This document shows positions 26,123-39,179 of a DNA stretch of 64,000 nt, piece by piece. The position numbers and the translations under genes are program-made. Source of the DNA: Moniliella sp. 'wahieum' (Eukaryota); NCBI GenBank assembly GCA_003971905.1, contig RSEE01000056.1, forward strand, positions 310,001-374,000, given 5' to 3'. Position 1 is the stretch's first letter. Each line of letters opens with the position of its first letter. The notes under the pieces are model-generated. The model searched no databases, was not told where the DNA came from, and saw only the letters and a program-made list of their open reading frames with translations.

Positions 26123-26150
26123 GGCACGTGACGTGGGCACGTGACGTGGG
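26123..26150. promoter_or_regulatory. Tandem E-box repeat (GCACGTGACGTGG)x2 in the divergent promoter
   Basis: ggcacgtgacgtgggcacgtgacgtggg, about 100 nt upstream of the STIMATE-like ATG. Confidence 0.55.
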
Positions 26151-26701
26151 AGGGGTTGTACCGAAGGGTGTGTGATTTGAACGGGTGGCTTGAAGGCAAA
26201 GTGCGGGGCGAGGAGGAGGCGCACGCACAGCCAGACACAGCCGCCCAGCTGCGCGGGTGGGTACGTATAGGCTGCCGAGGGAACATGGTCTGCGGGGAGG
26301 CGAGAGAAGGCGGCTGCGATGGCTATGGGCGGAGGCGTTGAGCAGCGCGGATGAACGGGGGTGCAGTCGGCAGGCGTTATGCACTCAGCGCACGCCCAGT
26401 CCATACTGCCCCGCATCTCGCCCCGGCGTAGAGAGTAACACAACCCCCTCCACCTCCACCTCCTCCTCCTGCGCCGCCCTGCGCCATGCCCCGCCTCACC
26501 CCCCTCCACCTCCGCCTCCGCCCCCCGCGCCCCTCGCCCCCGTCCTCGCCGTCGTCCTCGCCATCGTCCTCCCCCGTCCTCGCCCCCGCCCGCATCCCAC
26601 CCTCGCCCTCGGCCTTCCTCGGGCATAGATCATGCGTCTTTTCCCCACCCCACCCCCCGCCCCGCGTCCTGGGGCACCACCCCGCTCCCGCTGCCTTGGG
26701 C

Positions 26702-29700
26702 ATGGAGCCCGCCCCACGCACCCTCACCCCCACCTCTCGCCAGCCCCTCGACCCCACCCTCTCCGACACCCTCCGGCGTGCTGACCAGCCACGGCACCCA
26801 CCCCGACCCCAACTGACCCGCAAGAAGAAGAAGAAAAAGAAGAAAAAGAAACACATGCTCCGTACCCCTGCCGACGGTCTCCTCTCGCCTTCCGACACGG
26901 ACGGCATCGAGGAGGGCCCGACGCATCCGCCCCGACACAAACAAGCCTAGCAAGAAACCCCACAAGACCGTGCTCTTTGACCTTGTCTCCCATCCACCAG
27001 TGCCGACGAAGCGGATGACTCTGACGCTCCCAAGTCGCACAAGAAAAAGAAGAAGAAAAGAAGATCTCGGTTCCCATTGCTGGGAGCGCACACCTTGGCC
27101 CGCACACCATCCAGTCCATCGAGACACCCCGCCTCGATCCGCCTTCCTCTCACGCGCCCGCACCCCTGGGTACGTGCCCCCACGACCCTCATCTACTGTG
27201 CATCGGCATACTGACCTTTTTTGATCCTCCCACTCTACGGACCAGCAGCTGTTCCGAGCCCCCTGCTGTCCCCCCTACCCGCACAGAGACACCTGCTCCC
27301 GCCCCACTTTCCCGCCCAGCACGCTTCCCTGGCGAGCCGGACCCGTATCCGACCCTGAGCACGAACCAATTGCAGTTTGGTCCGCGGGCAACCCGGCGCT
27401 CGTCGCGGCTGCTCGCCAAAGCCGAAGCGCGTCGGTCGATGGCACGGGGGGGAATACGGAACTGCTGGGTCTGCCGTCCGATACGTTTTTCCTTGCCGCC
27501 GACGGCACTGGGCGGTGGGAATCCAGTGGCCAGACCGCTCGTCCCCAGGCTCGGTTCTTGCAACGTGCGAGCCAGCGTGGGCTGCCCCACCCCTTGGTCA
27601 AGACGAGAAGGAATGGGAGAGTACGAATGTACATGCCAATCTCAATCTGAATCTGAATCCGAGTCCGAGCCCGAATCCGAGTCCGAGTCTGAATGCCAAG
27701 GCGACGGATACCCCTGCTGAAATGGGCAGTGTGTTGGACATTTCGTTACCCCTGACCTGTCCCCGCGCATGCACCCAACACTTGCATCCGAATCGGAGGA
27801 GGAGAGCGTGGTGAGCGTTGAAGAAGGGGAGACGACCCCTCCTCCCGCGCAACCGGTACGTACACGTGGATCGCTGGAGTGGCGAGCGCCAAGCGACCTC
27901 ATCCGACGATGAGGAGGCCCGCCACGACGGCCGGGCCTGGTGGCAGGAGGAGGAGAGGAAGAGACGAAAGAAAACGAAGGAGGAAGAAAAAGAAGATGAG
28001 GAGGAGGAGGAAGAAGAAGAGAATGATGGCTCTGCTAGGGCAAACCGGTTCCACTCTCCTCTCGCCCGTCGGTTGTGATGGAAGTATCTGAGCCAGCTAC
28101 CAGTGTCACATCCAGCGGAGACCACCACCGCGCCCCTCCGCCCGCCCGGCCGCGGGCGTCGGCAGTGGACGTGCTGGCCGCAACGGCGATTCCCATCTCT
28201 CCCATACTGACCTTGCAAGATCTGAGCAGGGAGCGCACCGATCCATTTACCCGCACCGTATCGTACCCGTCGGCGCTAAGGATTCCCTCTGCTTCTCCTT
28301 CTCCTTCCCCTTCCCCTTCCCCCCGCCCGTCAAGAATAAGTCCAAGACCAAGGCCAAGGCCATGACCCCGACCACACTGGAGACGTCCACGCCATCGCAG
28401 CCGTTGGACCTTGGGCGAAAGTACGCAAGAGAGGACGTCAACGCTGCTGTTACGTCCGCCTGTGGTTCCTCGACCAACGCGTCACTCGACAGATGTGCCA
28501 CGGACCATGGTTTGTATCGCACCGAACGAGACGAATGGCACGACGCCTCACGCCCACGGGAACGGTACGGGGGGACCGCATGGCAGTGGCTCTATTTCCA
28601 CCCAAGAAGGGCGAACGAAGCTTTTCGTTAGACTTGGACCGGGCAGCGTACCTACGGTCTGGCGGCGCCTTCCCTCGCTCGAGGACCGGGGCTGGACAAG
28701 TCCTACTCCGATCACGCCGTCCCCGCCTCGGGACCGGCCCTGGTGCCCAAGAAAAAGGGTGAGGCACTTACTTCCCCCGTCGCGGTCGCTACGAATGGAC
28801 CAGGCTACGTCGCACCCCACCCTTCCTCCGGCCAGCCGGTACCGACGCGCAAACCGAGCCGATCCCAGCCCCGCACTGCGCACCGTCCGTCCGAAAAAGA
28901 CGTGCCACCGTCCGCGTTGTCACCCACCGCGCTGACCGTCCCGCTTTCTGCCACCTCCACCGTGCTTCCCTGCCGCCGCTTCGATCGCGAAGGGGGCCCA
29001 GGTCACGGGTCCCGCACGAGACGGCGGAGCTGGGTGCGTAGCCCGGTGCGCAGTCCGATGCGCAGTCCGCATGCCCAACCGCTTTCGATCGACGAGGAGG
29101 AAGAGGAAGCGGTGGCGATGCAGCGTGGCGAACTTCATTCGTGGGAAGAAGCGGTGGTACGACAAGCGCAGCACTTATCTGGCCGTGGCACGGGGCGTAT
29201 TACTACGCCGATCCACACCGACACCACAGCAAGAACTCTGTGTCCCGATCTTCTTCCCTCGCGCCAGCGGCGCAGGTACAACGCCCTTCGATCGTCTGGG
29301 CCGACCAGTTACTGCCCACCCTATCGTGCCTCGTGCTCAGCCGTCCCCTCCCCCGGGCCAGAGACCCCACTCACCACGGACCAGCACGCGCGGATCGGAC
29401 AGGACGAACCGATGGACCGCACCCACTTCGGCCGGGTCGCGCCCTCGCAGCCACCTGGCTGCCCTGACTGAACCAACGCCCGGCCCAACACTAGACTCGG
29501 ACGCCGAACTGGCCCACTCAGGTGCCCACCCTCCTCCGCGCGCCCACCGTCGCGCGTCAGTGGACTTGGGAGCCAAGTCGGGCGCGCGCGCAAGAGAGCG
29601 CGAACGCGAGCGCAAGACCGACGACCTCACCTTCGAGCGACCTGGACCTCGAGAGTAACCTGAACCTCGATTTCCCGCCCACCCGCGGCTGCGCACGCGG

Positions 29701-31436
29701 TCGCAGCCTCGTATGCGCGACGAACCGGGGCGGCGCAGGTCCCCCAGCCGCGACTTTGCCGCTCCTGCTGTCCGGCATGGCAGTCACGCTGCGGGGCAGA
29801 AAGCGGTGTAGCCAGCTTGGTTCGTGCCCGCTACGAGGCTGAGTGGGACGTTCTCCCCCCGAGGTGCATGGACGACGCGAGGCTCGAGCTCAGAGGGATA
29901 AGCTGCACGCGCCTACCCCGCCGACGCAGATGCCGAAGTGGAAGCCGCAGAGATGGACGAGGCATCCAAGCGTGCTGTCCCGCCCGCCGTGGGGGAGGAA
30001 GCAGGGGACAGACAGAGGTAAGACCGTCTCCGTCCCCGTCTCCGTTGGCGGTGACGTCGTCTCTGGTTCCCACTTCGTCAGCGTCGGCCTCCCTCCCAGC
30101 CTCGGCCTTGGCCTCGGCTCTGCTGCGGGCCGAAGGAGAAGGAGAAAGACAAGGAGAAGGAGAAGGAGAAGGAAATGGGAAAGAAACCAAAGCACCGTCT
30201 CCTACTAGCCTCGTTCCGCCACTCTCGCACACTCAGTCCCAGCACCTCGTCCCTCGTCCCGCCCCTCCCGCACGACCTGCACATCGATACATCCGTACCC
30301 ACCTTGACCAACTCCACCACACCCACACCCACACCCTCAACCCTCCCGCCCCACTCCATCCCTCCGACCTGCCCACGCCCACGCCCACCCTCCCTTCCAC
30401 GCTTCCGTCCACGCTTCCGTCCACGCCCATGCACCCAGCGGCGTGCTCTCACCCCCCGCTGGATCCTACGTACGACGTTTGAGCTTCCTGGGCCCGCGCA
30501 CCGCTCCCCCTCCCGCCCACGGTTGTCCCCTCGGCTGGGCCCAGTACCAAGGAAGCAGGCCCGCCGACTAGGTCGCGGCGCAAGTGTCCGTCATTTCTTC
30601 CGCTCCTTGGGACCGGGCGGTGCGGGAGACGGGACCCAGACCGAGCCCGGTACTCTGGCCTCTGCCGGTCCAACTACCGCTGCTAGAACCGCGAGTACCG
30701 GCACGGCGAGTGGGATTGCCACGACGGCCGCTCCTGCACTTGCAGGGCCTTCGCTCCCCACCTTGACGCCCACACCCGTACCCACACCCACACCCACCTC
30801 GCCTTCGCTTCCGTCTGCCCCTACCGTGCTGTGGGATGCGAACCGGGCGTGGTCGCCAGGCCAGCCGTTGGGCCGGGCCAGGACCACCGAAGGTCTCGTA
30901 TCTCCTCGGGCTATGGGCCTTCCACCTGCCCCGCCCCGTTCGCCCCGTTCGCCCCACACGCCCCACTTGCCCCACTTTGCCCATTCGCCCCTCGGCCAAC
31001 CCGAAACCGACGAAACCAGCCAAACCAGCCAGCCAACCGGGCGAACGCAGTTCCCGCGCGACCATCTTATCCTCCATGCCCGTTGGGCCCTGGACCTTCC
31101 CCCTGCCAGACCGGGCGGGGAGGTACGGTTACAGCTCCAGCTTGTCGGTGCCAGGCCCCGCACCTGCACCCGGGCCGCCGGGGCTGCGCGTGGATGGCAC
31201 CCTCTGCCGGTGGGCCGCTGAGCGCGCGTGAGGAGCGCAGGGTCAGCGTACCGTCCTACGGCGCAGGTCTGCCTCCCCCCCTCGGACCCGCGGCGCCGGG
31301 GTGCTCTCGCCGGGGGCCGGGTCGGCGCATGCGCATGGGTATGGGTATGGATTCGATAGCCCGATCAGCCCGGTTCAACGGCGTGGGTTTAGTCCCTTGG
31401 CGGCGTGTTGGACTAAAGCCCACTGGACCAGCATGA
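26702..31436 (+). CDS. Large hypothetical low-complexity/disordered protein (possibly more than one gene)
   Basis: Chain of + strand ORF fragments with poly-K, SE, poly-E, PT and GE tracts from ATG 26702, followed by a T-rich 3' region (~31460-31950). No domain recognised. Confidence 0.4.
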
Positions 31437-32647
31437 CGAGGGAGAGGCGTGTGATCTGGTCTTGTTTCTTTACCTTCCTGATTGTTTTTTCTTCCTCTTC
31501 TCTTCTCTTCGTCCCTCGCTGGCTTCACGTTTCGGTGCTTGGACGGGAAGCAGAAGGGGGGTTGGGGTCTTCCTTGTTTTCCTTCCGACGGCTGCCCACT
31601 CGGTTGAGCTGGTACATTTGGTTTGGTTTGGTTGGGTTGGGTTTTGGGCCGTGGGTTTTTACTGTTTTACTTCGCTATCGTTCTCGCTCTTGCTCTCGTT
31701 GTCGTTGACGTTGATCCAACGTCCATCTGTATGACCAAAGAGTACCTTTTTTTTGTTCGTTCTGCACTATCTGCTCTGCTCTCTGCTCTACTGGTCTGCT
31801 TTTTTGGTTTGGTTGTGTTTGGTTTTGGGTGTTTTGGTTGGGGAGGGAATGATGCCCGCTGGCTTTGTACTTGCTGTAGACTGTCACTTCTCACCAGTAT
31901 CCCATATCTCTCTCTCGTCCTTTTGGGTTCCGCACGTCCTTTGCTTCCTCACACCCTACTGGGTCAGGGTGATTGAACCTTGGATTGTGTCTTATCAGAC
32001 TTGTAGTGTCCCCTCCTATATCCCCCGTTACGACTAGTACCTACCTCCCTCATCTGTCTCCTAACCTGAACCTGTACCCGCCCCCCCCCCCTGGTTCCCC
32101 CTCACAGATCTATCCAGCAAAGTCCCCATTCTGCGCGCGGTGGTCTTGCTCTAGGCCGTAGGGTTGCCAAGCAAACAGCCGAGTGGTTACAGAAGAACTC
32201 TTATCGTCTTTAGGTCGTCCCCGGTGGCGAGAAGGCGCAGAGGCCCAGAAGTACAATAACCGCGTTGTGACACCCATGGGCCCTCGCCCCTTTTCTTTCT
32301 TGTTCAGTCGCATTTTTCGGTCGTGAACATCGAGTGGGTTCATTCTGTTAGCCGAGCTATGATACGGCATGCATCTGTGCACACGACAAGTGGTGGAAGG
32401 CGGCAATAAGGCCGAAAAGATATCGAAAAGAGGTATGGTACATGCACGAGAGTAAAAAGAAAAAGGGTGACAATGACAAACCGCACAGACGAGAGAAGCT
32501 AGCTTGAACAGCTCGCACTTTCGGCGAGGCGGAAGATGGCAAGAGAGGTAGAGTAGAGGGCATCAAAACATACCGAGTCAAAGGAAACGAGTGACGAAGA
32601 TCATTGATCAGGGAAACAAGGTGCACAGATTGTTCACACTGGAGAGA

Positions 32648-34655
32648 TTAGTGTCCAAATTCGAGGACCGACTTGCCAGCGCTCGTGTCGAGTTTGACAA
32701 GGGATTGGTCGGTAACTTCTTGAGTGCCCGCACGGGTCAAGGTACCGCTAACTTCCACCTTGCCCCCAACAGCTTTTTGGGACTGCTTCCAGTTCCGGGA
32801 CAAGTCCGACACTGCCGCGGGCGGGATGACCTTGGTTCCCTTGCGACCAGACACATCCACGTGCCCCACAAAGTGTTTGTCCAAGACCGCATACACGCCC
32901 CCAGCCTTGCTGCTGGCGTTGATTTGAACCGGGACCAAATCGGGCTGCGGGAGGAAAAGAAGGTTGACCGCGCCTGCCTTGGTCTGAGCTTGGACCGAGA
33001 CCGTCTTTACAAAAGGCTCCGAGGGACGGAATCCATAGAGCTGTGCTTCTCCACTTCGATCGGCAAGGGCCCAATTTCGCCAGATCCGACTTGGAGGCTA
33101 ATCGAATGGTTGGCATAGATCTTGCCGCTGCCATCGGCAGTGGCGTTGGGTGCGGAAAAGATGGAACCCGAGCCGGTGGTAATGTCCAAAGTGGTAGCTC
33201 GGATGTACGAGCCATGGTTCAACTCGACCCCTCCCGCTTTGTGAATTGAAGCTTCGCGCCATACCTCGAGACCCATGCCAGGTCCGATGCGTACCGCGCC
33301 GGCTTGGGTGGAAAAGTCGAGCATGTGGGCATGCACATTGCCTCCGACCAAAATGTCACCCGAGCCAGTACGGACGGTGAACACGCCCGCCGTCTCCAGG
33401 GGCCGATCCAGGTCCCAGCCAATGGCGACCCGGCCGGAACTCGTCTGAACGTTGAGCGCACCAAAGTGGGTGAGAGTGGATTGGTCCATGTGAATGTTTT
33501 CAAAGTGGCGCTTGGCCAGCCCACGGTTCCGGTTCTCCCCCTGCTCGCCCTGGTGTTCGGGGGGCGAGAGGGAAGGGCCCAGGCCATCAAAGAGCGCGAC
33601 ATGCATCGAGGTCGTCTTGACATCAAACATGGGGATTGGAACGTGTTTGGGAATGAGCACTGTCACGTCCCATTCGACCGCATGCTTGCCCGGAATCGGG
33701 CGGGTGTAGATGCCTACCCCTTGGTGGAAGGCGTTGGAGCCAAGCTTGACGACATTGGCTCCACGGAAGTACCGCTCCTTCATCTTGTCGTATTTGGCCT
33801 GGACAATGACCTTGAGTTTGGCCTGCAGGTCTGCGGGAACCCCGTGGTCCACCGGATCTTCAACAAAGCGGATGGTACCCTTGGCAGAGCCGCGCTTGTC
33901 TTCGGGGGGCAATTCGGTGTCGTGGGGAGGATCAACCAAGACATAGAGGTGGTCCCCGGCGCCAAAGGAAGGGGGCACCGTCAGTTCAAACTCGCTCGAA
34001 GCCGTGCAGAAGAGGTACGAAGAAAAGCTGTTGGTAACCTTTTCCAGCCCACAGCCCTTCATTGTCCAGTTGGCCGATTGGCGCACATGACCGTCCTCGG
34101 GGAACGGCTGAGGGAGCGTCTCATAGGGCTGGCGCCAGGGCCACAAGTAGGTTAGCTAGCTCGTTCGCGTGGCTCCCCAAGCAAGGGCGCAAAGCGCGCA
34201 CGTACCTCGATGTCTTCCCACTTCCAAAAGCCGTCCTCGCCCTCGGTATCGCCAGTGATGGCAGGGCCGGTAAAGATAAACAGAATCCACAGCCCCGTAA
34301 GGACAAGAAACACGTGACCCAAACGCGACTTGGGCCACAAACGGCCCAGGCCGAGCTTGGTGCAACGCCACTTGTCGCTGATGGATTCACGAACACCTTC
34401 GGGGATGCATTGTGGGAGGGCGCCCAGGTGGTCCTGGAGGGTAGCCCAAGTGGAGCGGTGGTTGAGGTCGGCACGCATCACATCGTTGTACGAGGGCGGC
34501 AGGGGCGGATACTTGCCTTCCTCGTCGCCGGCGTCGGGGGCAGAACGAGGAGCTAGCCTCCTGGCTGATGCTGAGGCGGTCGTCGGGGACCTCGACGCCC
34601 TCGACCATGAGAGAGGCACACGCACCTCATCGGCCGGCCGGATGGAGGAGGACAT
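32648..34655 (-). CDS. Single-pass membrane protein with DUF4097 (putative adhesin)-like beta-strand repeats
   Basis: N-terminal PPSY motif and TM HVFLVLTGLWILFIFTG. Intron from ~34205. Repeats LNVQTSSGRV, FTVRTGSGDI, LDFSTQAGAV, LDITTGSGSI, ISLQVGSGEI and INASSKAGGV. Confidence 0.7.
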
Positions 34656-35138
34656 GGTGGTGGGGTGGTGGGGTAGTGGTGGGACGCAAGAGGCGGCTGC
34701 CTGGAGGCGTCAAGTGGCCAGGGATCGACGCACCGCACAACCCTAGCGCGCGTTTGACGTGGCAGGGTGCCGCGCGCCCCAAAATGGGGTGAGTGTGGGT
34801 GGGTGAGTGCTGGGACCGGTGAGGACTGAGTATGTATACGAGTGGAGCGCGTCAGCAGCTCAGCCCAGCCCCGGTCTTCCGCCACCCCCAGCGGCCCGAC
34901 CACCGCCTGCGCGGCTGGCGGCGTCCAGGGCCAGCCACGCCCCGTGTCCGCCCTGAACTGGGCGCATGCATCGCACGATTCTGCCCCCACGACGCCCCGA
35001 CAACTACATCCAGCTATGTCAAAATGACTCCGATCGTCAGGCCTCAGGCCAGCCTCAGGCGCCGGTCCATCTGTTCCATCCGAACCCACGCAACGCCGCC
35101 GTGCCTCTCGAGTCGCCTTCTCTGGCGGGCACGCTGCG

Positions 35139-36901
35139 TCAAGCACTCGTCGCCTCGACCAATTTCGCAACCCCCGACGCCAGCTTGTCCAGATCCTCCG
35201 CCGAGTTGCACTCGGCATAGACCCGCACACAGTCTTCCGTCCCCGACGGCCGCACAAACGAGCGTGCACCCGGAATGGTAGCCACCAGCGCGTCAATCTG
35301 CGCCTGCAGGCCCGCGGGCGAAGTCAGCTTGCGCTCGGCGTCGGTCGTCTTAAAGACAAAGCGGTCCTTGACATTGACCTTGAGCAGCTTGTTGGGCAGG
35401 TCGGTGTAAGACGCATCCCACTCCTTGGTCCCCCATTGCTTGGCCCGCAGCACATACTCGACCAGAAGCATGTCGCTCACCGCATCGCCAACAGTCTGGT
35501 TGATCACGTCCACCAAGCCCGCCAGTTCTTCAAGAGCATGCTTCTGGGCCGGCTCGGTCGCCTTGGCCAGCGCGTCCTTGATCCGCTGTTGAGCGGCAGG
35601 GGAAAAGAGAACAGTGCCATGACCGTTGGCCTCAAAGTACACCCCAACATCGTAGTGTTCGGCGGCATGGTGGAGGTGCTTGACGCCAGTCGGGGTGCAG
35701 GTGATGGGCACCCGCTGCGCCAGGTACTTGTTGAGCTGCCGTTGGCATAGGCCGTCTGAACACAGCCCACCTCGATGGCTACCCCGGCCTTCTTGGCGAG
35801 ATCAGAAATGTAATCGGCTGCCAGGGAGGCAATCTTATCGCCGTCCAGCAAGCGGAAGGAGGTCTTGTCTTGGGGCGGGCCAGCACAGTAAAAGTACACA
35901 ATCCGGTCGGCATCGCCATCGTACGCGGCCAAGCGGTCGTACGGCTTGATTCCGAGCGAAGCATCCTCAAATCCCACGGGCAAGCTCTGGTGCGTCTTGA
36001 CATAATCCGCCCCGCTCCCGTTGTTGAGCACGCCAGGAGTGGTAATGTCGGTGCGAAGGATGCGAACGGACAAGTTGGAGGAAGGGATGTGCTCTGTCAA
36101 CTTCTTCAATGACACAGCACCCACACCATTGGCACAGTCGACGGTCAGAGGCGAAATCTCTGGCTTGCCCTCAACCAGCGTGTTGTAGGCACGGCTCAGC
36201 TTCTGGTAGTACCCCCTCGAGCGTGGGCTCGCCATACGCCTGGGGGTACCGGCAGTGTTGTTGGCCAAGACAAGGTAGTGCAGTTGGGGGGTGGTGACCA
36301 GCCAGCATCAATGATCTTGGCACCAAGGGAGGCCAGACCATCCTTGACCGCCGTGGCCAATGGTACAGAGCTAGGGCGAGTGTCGTAGCCCACCACTACC
36401 GTCGCAGGTGTGGCCAGATCAATCTTGAATTCAGCACAAGTTTGTCCAGCACGCCAATCAGCTCCTCGGGGAACTGGCATTGGCGAGCAACGAGCAAAAC
36501 GGCTCCCACGGAGCCTCGAGCATCTCGCCCCGCGCATCGACGGCCTTGATGCCATTGTCCTGCCAAGCCAAACACGGGTCAGCACCGTTGGCCACCAAGG
36601 GGAACGCAGGGGGGGGGTGACGCGACGTACCTCTTCGGGGTTGTGACTAGCGGTGACCATGAGGCCAGTATACTTGCCTCCAAGCCTTGCTGCGGAGGGC
36701 ACCAATAAGGCCCATGCGGAAGCAGACGCCATCGAGGACGTTGGCCTGGCACAGGCGTCAGCTGGGCTGGTGGGGGGGGCGGGGGGGGCGGAGGGGGACG
36801 TACTTGGTCCGGAGACCGGCGGTGCCATAGGTGAACTTGACGCCGGCGGGGGTGGGGTGCTTGGCGGAGGCAGCGAGGATGGCGTCCGAGGGCAGCGACA
36901 T
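35139..36901 (-). CDS. PCM1: Phosphoacetylglucosamine mutase
   Basis: FTYGTAG, catalytic MVTASHNPE, VVVGYDTRPS, VDCANGVG, metal loop DGDADR, LLDGDKIASL, VQTAYANG, TGVKHLHH, GVYFEANGHGTVLF, INQTVGDAVSD and FVRPSGTEDCVRVYAE. Two 5' introns. Confidence 0.97.
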
Positions 36902-37558
36902 GGCGGTGGTGGTGAAGGCGGGGTGCGGGCAGGGGCGCTGCTGGCCCGCAGCAAGCATTCATCCAGCGCCGCGGAGCCGGGGCGGGCGTGTCGATCCGAT
37001 CGTGGATCGAGGCGTGGCGCGGGCAGCAGCGCGCCACGTGGACGCTGCCCCCGTGCGCGGGCGGCGGAGGTGCGGTGTGCGCTGCCAACACCAACACTCG
37101 CGGCAGAGCAGCGCAGTGCCAGCTGCTATGGAACACACTCCCTGCCCCCCCCCATCACGTGATGCCGCAGCGGACTCTAACGTTCAGCGGACGGAGGTGC
37201 ACGTGCATTCAGCCAGGAGGACGGCGAAGATGCTCCTCCCCACAACAGCAGCCTTCTGGACCGCAAAATACGACCAGTGTTATTATCGTATCGGAGCAGT
37301 TCGCTGTGGGTTTATCTCGTCTCTATGCTCGATTCTCAACGAGCATGCTTGGTTTTGGCCTTGTTTGGCGGCGCTGTTCAAGTGATCGAGACGGATCATC
37401 TGCATACTGACATGGGTTCCTATGCCGCCATGCACAGCGGACAGGCAAACAAGAGCGGATGCTGCAATGGTATCTATGCCGCACATGGTACAATGCCAGA
37501 CGACAGGGGTGGAAATACACGCAGTCCACAGGAAGAGCCCCTTCGTTCTTGCCCCGTT

Positions 37559-38788
37559 TCAATCCTCCTCGCTAACCATGGGGATGAAGAACTGCAGTTC
37601 AGGTCAGTTGGGACCACAATCAGCCACACGCATAGGACACAATGCATACCGACATGACTGTTCCTTGCGATCGGCCTCCCACGTGGACCATAAATACGGC
37701 GCAGGATTCATCGGGGTGGAAGGTTGCCATCGTATGCGACTCAACCGAGTGGCTCGATAGGAACCGCATGAAGGGGCGCATGTCAAGGTCAATCTCCTCG
37801 CGCAACGGCGGGTCCTGCGAATTTTGTGTGGTAGGCACCATTTCTGGAGTTCCAAGCGGACTGTCAGCACCTCGTCTGTGAACAGAAGAACTCAAGGCAG
37901 CCAAAAAAAAAACAAAGGACAGAAAAAACAAGAAAGACAGGGAGCTGGGACATACGAATACCACCCAGCAAATTCTTCCATTTCACCTCCACCCACCGCC
38001 CCGCGCTCATTCGATCCCCCCATCGTGAAGGTTCCCGCATTGTCGGCGGTGAAATGAAGCTTGGGAAACCCCATACGATTCAACCGCTCGGTGACGGTCC
38101 GTATTTTCGACAGTTTGGGCAGTTGGATCGACACTGAGGGCAAGGAAACATGAGGCTCGTTGAACTCTTCCCACTCGGCGGGCTTCATGAGGCGGATGAG
38201 CACCTCGTGTTGAATTTCGGCCTTGGTCTTGCTTCCATCCTTGGATTCAGTGCCATTCTGGAGAGAAACATGGCTGAGCCAGTGCTCAAGAAATCTACAG
38301 CTCTTGATAAGGGGGCGGGGGAACGTACCACGTCAGCCAAGAGAGAAGGCAAGATGAGGTGACGCCTCGTTTTCCAAGGCGCATAGTGATTGAGTCGAAT
38401 CAGCGGCGCTTTTCAGGGCCGAGGCGATCATTTCAGTCTGGACTTGGATGTTGATTTGGTCATGAAACTTGCTCTGGACTTGATAATTGCGGAAGAAAAT
38501 GTCCTGCAGAGAGCGTCAGAAGAGGCAGGAGGGCGGGAACACGGGAGGTCCTACCTTGGACAAAGTGCTGGCGGAACCACAAGCGTCAGTGTCACAGCAA
38601 CGGCGAAGCAACAGAGTCCGGGAGCAGCGGCACGTACGTCCACACCTGCACCCCGCCAGCGTCAGAGAGGGTGATGAACTTGATCTCGTCGGGGGAGAAG
38701 TGGAGGGTGCAGAAGGGCCCGATGCGCGCCATGACTGCACTATCTTGAGCATCGTAGGCGCAGCCTCGATCTCCGTGCGCAAACGCAT
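37559..38788 (-). CDS. HUS1: Hus1/Mec3-type 9-1-1 checkpoint clamp subunit
   Basis: MRLRTEIE..., CTLHFSPDEIKFI, GGVQVWT, IFFRNYQVQSKFHDQINIQV...ALKSA, EEFNEPHVSLPSVSIQLPKLSKIRTVTERL, DMRPFMRFLSSH, and last exon FFIPMVSEED*. Several short introns. Confidence 0.82.
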
Positions 38789-38884
38789 GGCGTGGCGGGG
38801 GGGGAGGGCGATGGTGGAGGCAGAAGGGAGAGTTAAATGAGTCGGCCGTGGGCAGCAGGTCGGGTCGCGGCGAATGGGGAGGCG

Positions 38885-39005
38885 CTAGGGTTGGGCACGT
38901 GACGTGGATGTGGCTAGGGTTGTGCGCCACTCGGCCTCGGTTGGAATACCGCGACTTCTGGTCGTGGGCCAAGTTCGGGCAGCGCTGCCACCATCTCACG
39001 TGGCC
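38885..39005. promoter_or_regulatory. Bidirectional HUS1/phosphate-transporter promoter with CACGTG sites
   Basis: GGGCACGTGACGTGG (38893-38907) flanked by two GCTAGGGTTG copies, plus a further TCACGTGG near 38997. Confidence 0.5.
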
Positions 39006-39179
39006 TCTCGTGCGCGCTGCTTTCCACACCATCGTCCTCCGTGCCGCGCCGTTTGCCCAGCACGCCTGCCTCCCGCACGCACCCATCCGGCGGCGAGGAT
39101 CGCCCTCGAGCCCCTCGCCGCTGCCCCCACCGATCCCGATCCCCATCGCGCCCCCCCTGCTCCTGCCCAGCCCCCAGCC

